Assembly: GCA_017619935.1 (NCBI GenBank)
Contig: JAFZRJ010000020.1
Coordinates: 2,633 to 66,632 of the forward strand
Direction of reading: 5' to 3'
Origin: Muribaculaceae bacterium
Lineage (GTDB): Bacteria; Bacteroidota; Bacteroidia; Bacteroidales; Muribaculaceae
Length of the DNA stretch: 64,000 nt
This document shows, one piece after another, positions 19,570 to 29,802 of the stretch. Below the pieces are notes generated by a model. It was not told the DNA's origin, made no database searches, and was given only the letters and a program-made list of their open reading frames with translations. Position numbers and translations under genes: made by a program. Positions within the stretch are counted from its first letter, which is position 1, and the number at the start of each line of letters is the position of its first letter.

Positions 19570-21678
19570 ATGCGTGAGGTGAGCGGAAAAATACGGCATT
19601 TGTGGCACGTTCATGTGGCGATTCGCGTCGTCGCATCCGTGTTGTTGGCATATGTCTTCTTGCTGTTGCTGCCGTCGTGTGCCAACATCGGTTCGCCCGA
19701 GGGTGGCCCACGCGACTATACCCCGCCCGAGGTGGTGAAAACCTCGCCTGAGATGGGCGCCTTGAATTTCAAAGGCAACAAGGTGGAAATCAATTTTGAT
19801 GAAATTGTCAACATCAAAGACCAACAAAAGAAAGTGGTCGTTTCGCCCGTGCAGCACGACATGCCTATTATCCGTTCATTAGGGAAAAAAATCACGGTGG
19901 AGTTCCGCGACACGATGCGGCCAGAAACCACCTACGTCATTGATTTTTCCAACGCCATTGAGGACAACAATGAGGGGAATCAACTCGACGGTTATGCCTT
20001 CACGTTCTCGACCGGTGATGAAATTGATTCTTTGCGTGTTTCAGGCATTGTGCTCAACGCCCACAATCTTGAACCAGCGCAACATGTCCTGGTGGGTCTG
20101 CACAGCAATCTGAACGATTCGGCTTTCACCAAACTTCCGTTTGAGCGCATCACCAGGACCAACGACCGAGGCCAGTTCGTAATCATGGGGTTGAAACCCG
20201 GGAAATACCATATATTCGCCTTGAATGATGTTGATGGCGACTATCGCATGGCCCGCACCGAGGACGTCGCTTTCTTTGATGGCATTGTCGAGCCTATGGC
20301 CACTACATTCGCGTCGCAGGACACCATTTTCACATTCGACCACCAGGTGGACACTGTCATTGAGGCCGTGCATACCGATTTCTTGCCTAACAACATATTG
20401 TTGTCCATGTTCAACGAGCAGTATAAGTCGCTGTATCTGAAGACAGTGGGTCGTCCATCGGCCAACAAGTTGCATTTCCTCTTCGGTGCTCCTGTCGACA
20501 CATTGCCCCAGTTGGAAATCCTTCGACCTGCGGTGCATGCAAGCGACTGGTATCGACTTGAACGTACCGCGCGCAGCGACTCGCTGACGTACTGGCTCAC
20601 CGATTCGGCGCTAATCAAGAGCGACACCATCACGGTGGCGGCACGCTACCTGCGTGTGGACAGTGCCGACAACGTGAACTGGTACCAAGACACCATTCAC
20701 TTTGGCTACACCAAGCCGCAATACCTCATCAAACGCGAGCAAGACGAGCGCAAGGAGCGAGAGCAGAAAGCCAAACGTCTGGAAGAACTCCGCAACAAGC
20801 AAGCTCAGGGCAAAGAAGTGGACTCGGACGAGATTAAGGACTTGGAAAAAGAGTCGGCCGAACCGGAACCGAGATTAAAGATGGAGTTTGTCAAGAAAGG
20901 GACTTTGGAGGTTTACGACACCGTTAAGGTGAAATTTGATGCTCCAGTAGCCGCATGGGACAGCCATGCGATGAGGCTGGAGATGCAGCGCGATTCCTTG
21001 TGGATTCCGCTCACGGTCCCAGATTTTGTTCCCGACAACGACTATGACCTGATGACTTACCGGCTTCCCTTGACATTTTCACCTGATTCATCCTATCGCC
21101 TCATTGTAGATCCCGGAGCTGTGACCTCAATCTATGGTTTGAAAAACGATTCTACGGGTATGGAGTTCAAGGTGAAAGCCCTGGAGGAATATGCCAATAT
21201 GCTGGTACATGTCAATGTGCCTTACCATGCCTTTATCGAGTTGCTCGACGGCAGCGACAAGGTGGTGCGCACTGTGCCGGTGGTGAATGGCAAGGCAGAT
21301 TTTGTGAACGTGATACCGAACACCTACTATCTGCGCCTCACGCTGGATGCCAACGACAACGGGAAGTGGGACACCGGCAACTATGCCCTTCACCTTCAGC
21401 CCGAAGAAGTGTATTACTACCCCAAGGCTTTGAAATTGAGGCGGAATTGGGACATGGACCAGCAGTGGAACATTTATGAGACAGCATTAGACCTGCAAAA
21501 GCCTCATGCCATCAAAAAGAATAAGCCCGAAGAAAAGAAGAACAAGTTGGAGCAGAAGTCCAAGCAAGGCAAAAACGGAACCGATGAAGAAGAGGAAGAG
21601 GACGAGTTCAACTCCACGGGCTTTGGTAACGCCACTTACAGCGGCAATAGGTATCGTGACTATCAGAACAACCGATGA
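19570..21678 (+). CDS. Ig-like (Big_5) domain lipoprotein conserved in Bacteroidota
   Basis: Lipobox LPSC followed by ANIGSPEGGPRD; IEDNNEGN; DANDNGKWDTGNY...QPEEVYY. Confidence 0.8.
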   Translation: MREVSGKIRHLWHVHVAIRVVASVLLAYVFLLLLPSCANIGSPEGGPRDYTPPEVVKTSPEMGALNFKGNKVEINFDEIVNIKDQQKKVVVSPVQHDMPIIRSLGKKITVEFRDTMRPETTYVIDFSNAIEDNNEGNQLDGYAFTFSTGDEIDSLRVSGIVLNAHNLEPAQHVLVGLHSNLNDSAFTKLPFERITRTNDRGQFVIMGLKPGKYHIFALNDVDGDYRMARTEDVAFFDGIVEPMATTFASQDTIFTFDHQVDTVIEAVHTDFLPNNILLSMFNEQYKSLYLKTVGRPSANKLHFLFGAPVDTLPQLEILRPAVHASDWYRLERTARSDSLTYWLTDSALIKSDTITVAARYLRVDSADNVNWYQDTIHFGYTKPQYLIKREQDERKEREQKAKRLEELRNKQAQGKEVDSDEIKDLEKESAEPEPRLKMEFVKKGTLEVYDTVKVKFDAPVAAWDSHAMRLEMQRDSLWIPLTVPDFVPDNDYDLMTYRLPLTFSPDSSYRLIVDPGAVTSIYGLKNDSTGMEFKVKALEEYANMLVHVNVPYHAFIELLDGSDKVVRTVPVVNGKADFVNVIPNTYYLRLTLDANDNGKWDTGNYALHLQPEEVYYYPKALKLRRNWDMDQQWNIYETALDLQKPHAIKKNKPEEKKNKLEQKSKQGKNGTDEEEEEDEFNSTGFGNATYSGNRYRDYQNNR

Positions 21679-21750
21679 AACGACGAGATGGTGGTTAATG
21701 CTGAGAAACGACTATAAAAAAGAGTAACTTCATAAAAATATCAAACCAAG

Positions 21751-23106
21751 ATGTTAGACCAAATAGGCGAGTGGATTATAACGGTGAGCGATGCCGTGTG
21801 CGGATACCCCGAGTTCCTGCTGCTCATAGGAGGCGGGTTGTTTTTCTTTGTTTACTCAGGAGCCGTTTCCATCCGCCGTTTGCCCTGGGCGATGCGCGCG
21901 TTGCGTGACCGACAGGCCACCGACAGTGGAAAAGCCACAGGACAAATCAGCTCCATTCAGGCGTTGCTCAGCGCCATTGCTGCAACGGTGGGCATGGGCA
22001 ACATTGCCGGTGTGGCCATTGCCTTGACGGTGGGCGGTCCTGGTGTTATCTTCTGGATGTGGGTGAGTGCCTTGGTGGGTATGTCCACCAAGTTTTTTGA
22101 GGGGGCGCTCTCCATTATGTATAAAGGCCGCAACGACCGTGGCGAGGTGCAAGGAGGTCCCATGTACATCATTACCGAGGGACTGGGCAAGAAGTGGCGT
22201 CCATTGGCTGTGGCTTTCTCCATTTTCGGATTGGTGGGCACCTTGTGCTTTATGCAGGCCAATCAACTGGTGGAAAGTGTGACAACGGTGTTCACCACCC
22301 CAATGGGCATTGCCAACACGGTGGGCTTGAGGTTCGCCATGGGTGTGGTGATGGTCGTCATCGTTGGTTCGGTGGTGCTGGGCGGTATCAGTCGCATCGC
22401 CAAGTGGGCGTCACGCATCGTTCCAGTGATGGTGATGCTGTATCTCTTGCTGGTACTGGTGGTGATGGTCGTCTACTACGACCGACTTCCTGCCGCTTTT
22501 GCCTCCATTTTTGAGAACGCGTTCAACTGGCGTGCCGGCTTCGGGGCGTTCACTTTTGTGGCGCTCACGGGAGCACGTCGTGCGGCGATGGTCAATGAGG
22601 CCGGTGTGGGTACCGCATCGATGATGCATGGAGCGTCGAAGAATACCGACCCCATCAAGGAAGGGCTGATAGCCATGTTGGCACCGGCCATCGACTCCGG
22701 TTTTGTATGCACACTGACCTCGATACCCATTCTATTGGCTGGCCAGTTTACGGGTATGGAAGGTGTGAAAGGATTGTATATTGCGCTGAATTCCTTCGGG
22801 ACGCTGTTGCCCGGCGTGGGGCAGTACTTGCTGATGGCTATCGTGTTCTGTTTTGCGTTTTCCACCATGTTCTCCTATTCTTATTATGGCCAAAAATGCA
22901 CCAGTTTCTTGTTCGGAACGCGTCGCATCAAATATTATAACTACTACTACCTGGCTATGATTGTTGTGGCGGCGGTGATTCCCCTTGACGCGCTGGTAGG
23001 TCTTATGGACCTGGCTTTCGCGCTGATGGCCTTGTGCACGATGATAGCGTTGCTGTTGCTGGCTCCACGTGTGAAAGCGCTCATGCGTACGTATTTCGTC
23101 AAATGA
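21751..23106 (+). CDS. Alanine/glycine:cation symporter (AGCS family)
   Basis: VGMGNIAGVAIAL...GGPGVIFWMW, GGPMYII and NEAGVGT. Confidence 0.92.
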   Translation: MLDQIGEWIITVSDAVCGYPEFLLLIGGGLFFFVYSGAVSIRRLPWAMRALRDRQATDSGKATGQISSIQALLSAIAATVGMGNIAGVAIALTVGGPGVIFWMWVSALVGMSTKFFEGALSIMYKGRNDRGEVQGGPMYIITEGLGKKWRPLAVAFSIFGLVGTLCFMQANQLVESVTTVFTTPMGIANTVGLRFAMGVVMVVIVGSVVLGGISRIAKWASRIVPVMVMLYLLLVLVVMVVYYDRLPAAFASIFENAFNWRAGFGAFTFVALTGARRAAMVNEAGVGTASMMHGASKNTDPIKEGLIAMLAPAIDSGFVCTLTSIPILLAGQFTGMEGVKGLYIALNSFGTLLPGVGQYLLMAIVFCFAFSTMFSYSYYGQKCTSFLFGTRRIKYYNYYYLAMIVVAAVIPLDALVGLMDLAFALMALCTMIALLLLAPRVKALMRTYFVK

Positions 23107-23130
23107 TTTGGCGTTTCATTCAAAAAGCGC

Positions 23131-23138
23131 TAATTTTG
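23131..23138 (+). promoter_or_regulatory. Bacteroidetes -7 promoter for psd-pssA and downstream genes
   Basis: TAATTTTG, with TTTG (-33) at 23107-23110. Confidence 0.65.
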
Positions 23139-23160
23139 CAGATTAAACCAATGTAAAGTA

Positions 23161-23844
23161 ATGAAAGTAAAGATACATCATGAGGGGAAAAACATCATAG
23201 CAGTGGTGCTGCTGATACTGGTGATCGTGAATGTGGCTGCGTATATGTTCATTGAGTACAAGCCCATTCCCATTGCTTTTATCATCTTGTCGGTACTGTT
23301 GTTTGCTTTGGTGATGAACTTTTTCCGCCTGCCGCGTCGTCATTTCAAGGGAGAAAACGACGGCACGGTGGTGGTTTCGAGTGTTGATGGCACGGTAGTT
23401 GCACTGGAGGAAGTATATGAAGATGAATATCTGCATCGCAATGTGATTCAACTGTCGGTGTTTATGACTGTGTTTAATGTTCATGCCAATTGGGTGCCTG
23501 TGGCCGGTGATGTAAAATATGTGAAGCACCATTCCGGACGTTTTCTGGCGGCCAACCTGCCCAAGTCAAGTACCGACAACGAGCGCTCGACGGTGGTAAT
23601 TACCACACCTGGCGGCGATGATATCCTCGTGCGGCAGATTGCTGGTGCCATCGCCCGTCGCATCGTGACGTATGTTGAGCCGGGCGACCAAGTGAATATT
23701 GAAGATTTTGTGGGATTCATCAAATTTGGTTCCCGTGTGGATATTTTCTTGCCGCTTGACACTGAGATTTTGGTGAAATTGGGCGACAAGACTTGGGGTG
23801 GCGAGACGCAAGTGGCGCGGCTGGCTCGAGGTGGAAAAGTGTAA
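23161..23844 (+). CDS. psd: Phosphatidylserine decarboxylase proenzyme
   Basis: FMTVFNVHAN, QIAGAIARRIV and the FGS cleavage motif IKFGSRVD. Confidence 0.93.
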   Translation: MKVKIHHEGKNIIAVVLLILVIVNVAAYMFIEYKPIPIAFIILSVLLFALVMNFFRLPRRHFKGENDGTVVVSSVDGTVVALEEVYEDEYLHRNVIQLSVFMTVFNVHANWVPVAGDVKYVKHHSGRFLAANLPKSSTDNERSTVVITTPGGDDILVRQIAGAIARRIVTYVEPGDQVNIEDFVGFIKFGSRVDIFLPLDTEILVKLGDKTWGGETQVARLARGGKV

Positions 23845-23911
23845 TAACTGCAAAACTTAACGATGTTTCATGAGGGGCGGCCCTGGAGACTGACCCATAT
23901 AGTTTTGAACA

Positions 23912-24625
23912 ATGAAAAAGATAAAGAATAATATACCGAATGTGCTCACCAGCCTCAATCTGCTGTGTGGAACTTTGGCTATCATTGCGGCATTCAGATG
24001 TTATGATGTGGTGCTGTGGGGGGTGCAGGGTTATAAGTTAGCCTTCATTCTCATAGCGCTTGGTGCGGTGGCTGACTTTTGCGACGGCCTCGTGGCTCGG
24101 TTGTTGGATGTGGTGAGCGGGATAGGCAAGCAGCTGGATTCGCTCAGCGACTTGGTGACTTTCGGCGTGGCACCGGCAATGATTATCTACAACCTGATGC
24201 ACGTGGGCCACCCCGATAGTTACTGGTGCTTGTCGACGGTGATGTTGCCGGTATTCGGCGCAATTCGTCTTGCTCGCTTTAACATTGACACCGAGCAGAC
24301 CACCACCTTCAAGGGTCTCCCCATTCCGGCCAATGCCCTTTTCTGGCTTGGTGCCGCCGCTTTCATGGCCCAAGTCCCCGAGATGCGTCAAGAGGGCATT
24401 GTGGCCATGATTGTGATATTCTCTTTTTTAATGGTGTGCAATATTCCCATGTTCTCGTTCAAGTTGCATGGTTTCAACCTGCGTGAGAATTGGGCACAGT
24501 TTTTGCTTGTCATCATCACAGTGTGTTTACTGGTCGCTTTCGGTTTGCCGGGCTTGATGTACGTCATTTGGACGTATATTCTGCTCTCGCTACTGAAAGG
24601 TTTGATGAACCGCGCAAAAAAATGA
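23912..24625 (+). CDS. pssA: CDP-diacylglycerol--serine O-phosphatidyltransferase
   Basis: DFCDGLVAR...GKQLDSLSDLVTFGVAP CDP-alcohol phosphotransferase motif; follows psd. Confidence 0.92.
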   Translation: MKKIKNNIPNVLTSLNLLCGTLAIIAAFRCYDVVLWGVQGYKLAFILIALGAVADFCDGLVARLLDVVSGIGKQLDSLSDLVTFGVAPAMIIYNLMHVGHPDSYWCLSTVMLPVFGAIRLARFNIDTEQTTTFKGLPIPANALFWLGAAAFMAQVPEMRQEGIVAMIVIFSFLMVCNIPMFSFKLHGFNLRENWAQFLLVIITVCLLVAFGLPGLMYVIWTYILLSLLKGLMNRAKK

Positions 24626-24632
24626 AGAGAGA

Positions 24633-24911
24633 ATGAAACTGTTGTTGCTTGTCATCTTGTTCATCATCTTCTTTCCTATCGTGAAGATGTGGATGCTCAT
24701 GCGTCGTGCCCGGCGCAACGTGGAAGATATTTTCAACCGCACGCGCCAATACGAACAAGAGGTCGCTGCCGACGAAAAACGCTTCCCAAAAGGGGTGGGC
24801 GAGTATGCCGACTACGAGGAGGTGCGGGGCGTGTCGCGCCCTGAAACGGAGGCATCTGGCCCCATTGAGCATGAAGAACAAGTGGTGGATGCCGATTTTG
24901 AGGAAATATAG
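24633..24911 (+). CDS. DUF4834-like small membrane protein
   Basis: N-terminal TM; GEYADYEEV and DADFEEI motifs; usual position after pssA. Confidence 0.7.
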   Translation: MKLLLLVILFIIFFPIVKMWMLMRRARRNVEDIFNRTRQYEQEVAADEKRFPKGVGEYADYEEVRGVSRPETEASGPIEHEEQVVDADFEEI

Positions 24912-24985
24912 AAGGAAAACTCACACAGAACAGAAAGTTGGGTGATAAGGATGCGTTACTAACCAAAGGAATTAAACTACTGACG

Positions 24986-26425
24986 ATGAAAAGATTTTTA
25001 TATGGTTTGATACTTGCATTTGTGGTGGCAAGTATGTGGTCATGCGGTAGCTCGCCACTGGAGAAAGCGGTGAAGCAGGCGTTGGTGCAGCAAGACACTA
25101 CACAGGCTCGTTTTGATTCCATTTGTTCCATCATAAAAACTTACCCCGAACGCTATAAGGACTATCTCAATGAAGCCGGTGAGGTCGATGTCCCGGCTTT
25201 GGCCAAACTCATTGAGCAGGTTGGAGGCCAGTTGCGGCCCCCCATGTACTGGGATGTGACCCGCTATGGCCTGCAGCAACTGTCGCTCACCATCTATTTC
25301 GAGCGCAGTGGCTCCATGGTGCCTTACGATGCCCCGGGAGGAAGAGGACAACTCAAAAAAGTGGTGAATGACCTCATCAATTATTTCCCATCGACCGGCA
25401 ATGTGACCATCAATATTGTGAACGATGGCATCTATCCCTATCAGGGTACCATTGACCAGTTTCTTCAGGACCGCAACATCTATGCCAGCACGCAAGGTGT
25501 GGGCAATGCAGCCTTCACCGATTTTCAAAAGATTTTCAACGATATTCTCAAAGCGCAGCGGCCGGGCAACGTGAGCGTGCTGGTCACCGACCTGATTTAC
25601 TCGCCGGCCGACACTCGCGACGTGAGCGTGGAGAAAATATTCAATGAGGAAAACAGCTTGGCCACCCGCATTTTTAAGCAATATGAGGGCAAGTCCATCC
25701 TTGTGCATCAGTTCATGGGTGACTATCAAGGCAAGTATTATCCTTACAACAATCACCCGTTTGACTATCGTGGCCAGCGTCCGTTCTATGTGCTGGTGAT
25801 TGCCGACAGCAAAGTGATGGATGCCATGGCGGCCGATGCCGCCTATGCGTCGTTCATGACACCAACGAGTGTGCGTAACAGTTATCGTTTTAACCAAGCC
25901 GAGTCAATGGTTGATTATTGCGTGGTGCCCGACTGGAAGGACAACGCCGGCCGTTTCCGCGTGGATCATCGCGACGCCAGCCGCCTTACCAAGTGTGAAG
26001 GTGACAAGACTACGGGCGTGATGTGTTTCAGTGTAGCCGCCAACCTGAACGGATTGCAGAAACCCGCCGCATTCTTGGCCGAAGCAGCCAACTATCAATT
26101 GCGCAGTATCAGCGACTTCAAGTTGAAGGTGCAGCCCATTGAACAGAGCATGATCACGGGCAATAACCGCGCTTATCTGGAGGGAAAGACCCATCTGCTC
26201 ACCCTCACCGGCAAACTCACTGAACCTCGTGACGAAATTGTGATTTCGCTGGCCAATGAATTCCCAGCTTGGATTGAGCAATCGACGGCGCAATCCGACA
26301 CCAATCCCAATGCATCAGGTTTCTCTACCACCACATTGGGCTTGAAAGAATTTTTGGGTGGCATTGCCAGTGCTTTCGGCACGGGTGGTAGCTACACCAC
26401 CATCAAACTCAAACTTGAACGATAG
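24986..26425 (+). CDS. vWA-like domain lipoprotein (tubulin-like operon gene 1)
   Basis: Lipobox SMWSC. MIDAS-like TIYFERSGSM...FTDF...VLVTD. Beta-rich C-terminal domain. Confidence 0.7.
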   Translation: MKRFLYGLILAFVVASMWSCGSSPLEKAVKQALVQQDTTQARFDSICSIIKTYPERYKDYLNEAGEVDVPALAKLIEQVGGQLRPPMYWDVTRYGLQQLSLTIYFERSGSMVPYDAPGGRGQLKKVVNDLINYFPSTGNVTINIVNDGIYPYQGTIDQFLQDRNIYASTQGVGNAAFTDFQKIFNDILKAQRPGNVSVLVTDLIYSPADTRDVSVEKIFNEENSLATRIFKQYEGKSILVHQFMGDYQGKYYPYNNHPFDYRGQRPFYVLVIADSKVMDAMAADAAYASFMTPTSVRNSYRFNQAESMVDYCVVPDWKDNAGRFRVDHRDASRLTKCEGDKTTGVMCFSVAANLNGLQKPAAFLAEAANYQLRSISDFKLKVQPIEQSMITGNNRAYLEGKTHLLTLTGKLTEPRDEIVISLANEFPAWIEQSTAQSDTNPNASGFSTTTLGLKEFLGGIASAFGTGGSYTTIKLKLER

Positions 26426-26474
26426 GAATTATCCTTGCAAGTAACCAACGTTATCAATTAACAACCTGCTTGAT

Positions 26475-26924
26475 ATGAAAAAACAACATTTAGTCTATCT
26501 GATTATAGGTATCGTGGCCACGGTGCTGTTCTACATCTTCCGTGTGGAGGCCTATGAGAGTATTTACTCGGTGGCTGGTTACAGCGATCAGTTGTATAAT
26601 TTGGGACTGTATGACATCATCCCGCTCATCACCATTGCTGTGGCGTGGGTTATGGCAGGAATTTACTATTATGCCATCAACTCGGTGCGGTTCGACCGTT
26701 GGTACCACTGGCTGGTGATGTTGGCCTTGGTGGTGGTGTTGGCTCCAGTAGTGGGTTATCTGGTGAACAGTCGCATCTTTGATGAGAATGGACTGACCTA
26801 TGTGGCCGAATCACTCACCTTTGAGTTGGTGAACATAATGTGGGCTGCAGTGCTATTTGTTGTGGCGTCATTCTCTATGCGTTGGTGGAGCACCAACTGC
26901 CACCATACTCCCATTCCGCAATAG
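26475..26924 (+). CDS. 4-TM inner membrane protein (operon gene 2)
   Basis: Four hydrophobic segments; C-terminal RWWSTNC. Confidence 0.75.
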   Translation: MKKQHLVYLIIGIVATVLFYIFRVEAYESIYSVAGYSDQLYNLGLYDIIPLITIAVAWVMAGIYYYAINSVRFDRWYHWLVMLALVVVLAPVVGYLVNSRIFDENGLTYVAESLTFELVNIMWAAVLFVVASFSMRWWSTNCHHTPIPQ

Positions 26925-27006
26925 GAGAAGGCCAGTGGTTGATTTTGAAATTTGAATGAAACAATCATGGCGGTTTCGATGAATTCCGCCTCATATAAAG
27001 AATAAT

Positions 27007-28521
27007 ATGCGTTTATTTTTGTTAGCAATAGGAGGTACAGGTTCACGCGTGCTCAAGTCGCTGCTGATGCTCTCGGCGGCGGGTGTGCGTCCTGTGGATG
27101 AGGACGGACGGCCTGTGCCCAACCTCGAAATTGTGCCGGTCATCATTGACCCGCATAAGAGCAACGAAGACCTCAAGCGTACTGAGGCCCTGCTCACCAA
27201 CTACCGTTCGATACGCAATCGCTTGTATGGTAATGAGGTGAATGTGGATGGCTTCTTTGCCAACCGCATCGTCACGTTGCGTGAAATCATGAGCGACAGT
27301 TCCATCCAACTCAATGACACCTTCATTTTCAACTTGAGCGCCGTTGAACGCGAGAAGTTCCGCGATTTCATTGGATATGACACCATGAACGAAGCCAACC
27401 AGGCGCTCACTTCGCTATTGTTTGCCGACTATCAGTTGGAAAACAGGATGAACATCGGCTTCGTGGGGTCGCCCAACATCGGTAGTGTGGCATTGAACGA
27501 AATCAAGGACAGTAACGAGTTCAAGGCGCTTGCCAATGTGTTCAACGCCGGAGACCGCATCTTCTTCATCAGTTCCATTTTCGGTGGTACAGGTGCGGCC
27601 GGATTCCCCATTATGGTGAAAAATTTGCGCCAGGCCAGCAATCTCGACATCAACAACCGCGATGTGTTGCGTCGCGCGCCGATAGGTGGCATCACCGTGC
27701 TTCCTTATTTCAACATTGAGCACAACGATGACCATCGCATCGACAAGGCCGATTTCATCGTCAAAACCCAAAGCGCCCTCTACTATTACAAAGAGACGCT
27801 TACCGGTGCCAACGACAGTGAGTTGAACGCCATCTTCTATGTGGGCGACCAGGAAGTGTCTAAACCATACGTCTATGATCCAGGCGAGTTTGGCCAACGC
27901 AACCGTGCCCACCTCATCGAGATGGTGGCCGCGCTGGCTCCGCTCAAGTTTGCTGGCATTGCCGACAGCCGCCTGACCGACCAGAATGGTTTCCCTATGC
28001 CAACGATGGCATTTGAATTCGGTTTGGAGAAAGACGTGCGCGACGTTGATTTCCTCGCCTTCGGTCCCAGCACCCGTCGCCTCATCTACGAACCGCTGGT
28101 GCGGTTCCACCTGTTGTTCCTTTTCTTGCGTACAGGATTGAGAGGCATGATAGGGCAGGGCTTTACCGAGGACGCGCCCAAACTGAAGAGCGACTTCCTC
28201 ACATCGCAGTTCTATCGCACACTCACCGACCAGTTCATGCGAGGTTATGTGGATTGGTTGAGCGAGATGTATGACAACAACCGCAGTGTGCAGTTGTTTA
28301 ACATGGGCGAGAACGACATGAGCAATGCCATTCACCATGTGCATACGCGCAAGACTTTGTTGGGGCGTAAGACTGTGGACAACAACACGTTCAAGGCTGA
28401 AATGAACAAACTGAGCCGTGATGCCAAGTACAGCACCCACACGGTGGAGTACAAACTGCTCGACCTGTTTAACCGCGCCGCCACCACCATTATCAGCGAC
28501 CGTTACGAGAACATCAACTAA
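27007..28521 (+). CDS. Divergent tubulin/FtsZ-like GTPase (Tubulin_2-like family)
   Basis: T1 loop AIGGTGSRV, T3-like GFVGSPNIG and tubulin signature SSIFGGTGAAG. No signal peptide. Confidence 0.85.
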   Translation: MRLFLLAIGGTGSRVLKSLLMLSAAGVRPVDEDGRPVPNLEIVPVIIDPHKSNEDLKRTEALLTNYRSIRNRLYGNEVNVDGFFANRIVTLREIMSDSSIQLNDTFIFNLSAVEREKFRDFIGYDTMNEANQALTSLLFADYQLENRMNIGFVGSPNIGSVALNEIKDSNEFKALANVFNAGDRIFFISSIFGGTGAAGFPIMVKNLRQASNLDINNRDVLRRAPIGGITVLPYFNIEHNDDHRIDKADFIVKTQSALYYYKETLTGANDSELNAIFYVGDQEVSKPYVYDPGEFGQRNRAHLIEMVAALAPLKFAGIADSRLTDQNGFPMPTMAFEFGLEKDVRDVDFLAFGPSTRRLIYEPLVRFHLLFLFLRTGLRGMIGQGFTEDAPKLKSDFLTSQFYRTLTDQFMRGYVDWLSEMYDNNRSVQLFNMGENDMSNAIHHVHTRKTLLGRKTVDNNTFKAEMNKLSRDAKYSTHTVEYKLLDLFNRAATTIISDRYENIN

Positions 28522-28533
28522 CAAGAGATAATA

Positions 28534-29802
28534 ATGAGCAACATACTTTCATATAGCAATAACCAACTTGCGATTAATTATGAAAGCCTGGTTAATCAGA
28601 TTCGTAATGTAGGCAAAGCGTTACGACAAGATGCTCATTTGATTATTAATAGGAATATTACAGTTCGGGCATGGTTGACAGGTTGCTATATCGTAGAATA
28701 TGAGCAACGAGGAAACGACAGGGCTAAGTATGGCGATAATTTGCTTCAAAATTTGTCAAAGAGTTTGGGGGGCAAGAATTATAGTGCCACCAATCTGCGC
28801 AGTTTCCGGTTGTTTTATGCTTATTACCCAGAGCTGTTTCCCATTATTGGTAACTATTTGTTTGAGCGGTTTGGTCATGGCGAAATCACAGAAAAAATGT
28901 CGGATTTCCTTCCTGCCGATATTCAGCAGTCACTGACTGCTAAATTACAGGAAAACTCAAATCAGCAGTCAGTGGCTGCTAAATTTGAATTAGAAACCAA
29001 ACTGCCACAAGGGGCAACCATTTCTTCGGATGGTTTTGCCATGATGTTGCCTGATGGAAGCGTGAAGGCTGTTCCGCAAATGTTATTTGACAGGCTCTCA
29101 TTCACGCATTTTGTTCAATTAATACACATTGAGGACCCATTGCAACGAGCCTTTTATGCTATTGAGGCGATGCGTGGTCCTTGGAGTGTGAGAGAGTTGC
29201 AACGGCAGATTGACACTAATTATTTTACGCGGAGTGGCTGGAGTAAAAAGCCCGAATTGTTGAGCAAGCAAGTTAATGCGATTGCAGAACGACCTACATT
29301 TGAACAAGATATCAAGTCACCGTATTTTTTCGAATTTTTGGGATTGTCATCCAAAGATGTCATTGATGAAAACGACTTGCAAGCAGCGATTGTTTCTCAT
29401 CTAAAAGAATTTATCTTGGAACTTGGCATGGGCTTTTGCCTTGAAGAAGAGCAAAAGAAACTATTGATTGATGACAGATATTATAAAGCCGATTTGGTTT
29501 TTTACCATCGTATTCTGAAATGTCATTGCATAGTGGAATTAAAGGCTCATAGACTGTGCCATGCCGACATTGCCCAACTTAACTTATACATTAATTATTA
29601 TCGCAAACACTATATGCAACCAGATGACAATCCTCCAGTGGGTTTGTTACTTTGCACAGAATATGGACAAGAGATGGTTAAATATCTTGCGCCCTTTGTT
29701 GACCCGCAACTATTTGTCGCAAGATATGAATTGCAGCTTCCTGATAAGGACAAAATTCGAGATTTCTTGTTGCAAGAAAATGGGAATTATCGTGGATGCT
29801 GA
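28534..29802 (+). CDS. YhcG/DUF1016 family PD-(D/E)XK nuclease-domain protein
   Basis: GCYIVEYEQRGNDRAKYG, WSVRELQRQI, KSPYFFEFLGL, FILELGMGF, DLVFYHRILKCHCIVELK and QLNLY. AT-rich. Confidence 0.9.
   Translation: MSNILSYSNNQLAINYESLVNQIRNVGKALRQDAHLIINRNITVRAWLTGCYIVEYEQRGNDRAKYGDNLLQNLSKSLGGKNYSATNLRSFRLFYAYYPELFPIIGNYLFERFGHGEITEKMSDFLPADIQQSLTAKLQENSNQQSVAAKFELETKLPQGATISSDGFAMMLPDGSVKAVPQMLFDRLSFTHFVQLIHIEDPLQRAFYAIEAMRGPWSVRELQRQIDTNYFTRSGWSKKPELLSKQVNAIAERPTFEQDIKSPYFFEFLGLSSKDVIDENDLQAAIVSHLKEFILELGMGFCLEEEQKKLLIDDRYYKADLVFYHRILKCHCIVELKAHRLCHADIAQLNLYINYYRKHYMQPDDNPPVGLLLCTEYGQEMVKYLAPFVDPQLFVARYELQLPDKDKIRDFLLQENGNYRGC

Noticed and set aside
27007-28521. Canonical ftsZ (with the 29880 gene as canonical ftsA or dnaK)
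   Set aside because: No dcw context, no T7 or C-terminal FtsZ motifs, and the partner is far larger than FtsA and lacks the DnaK substrate-binding domain signature.
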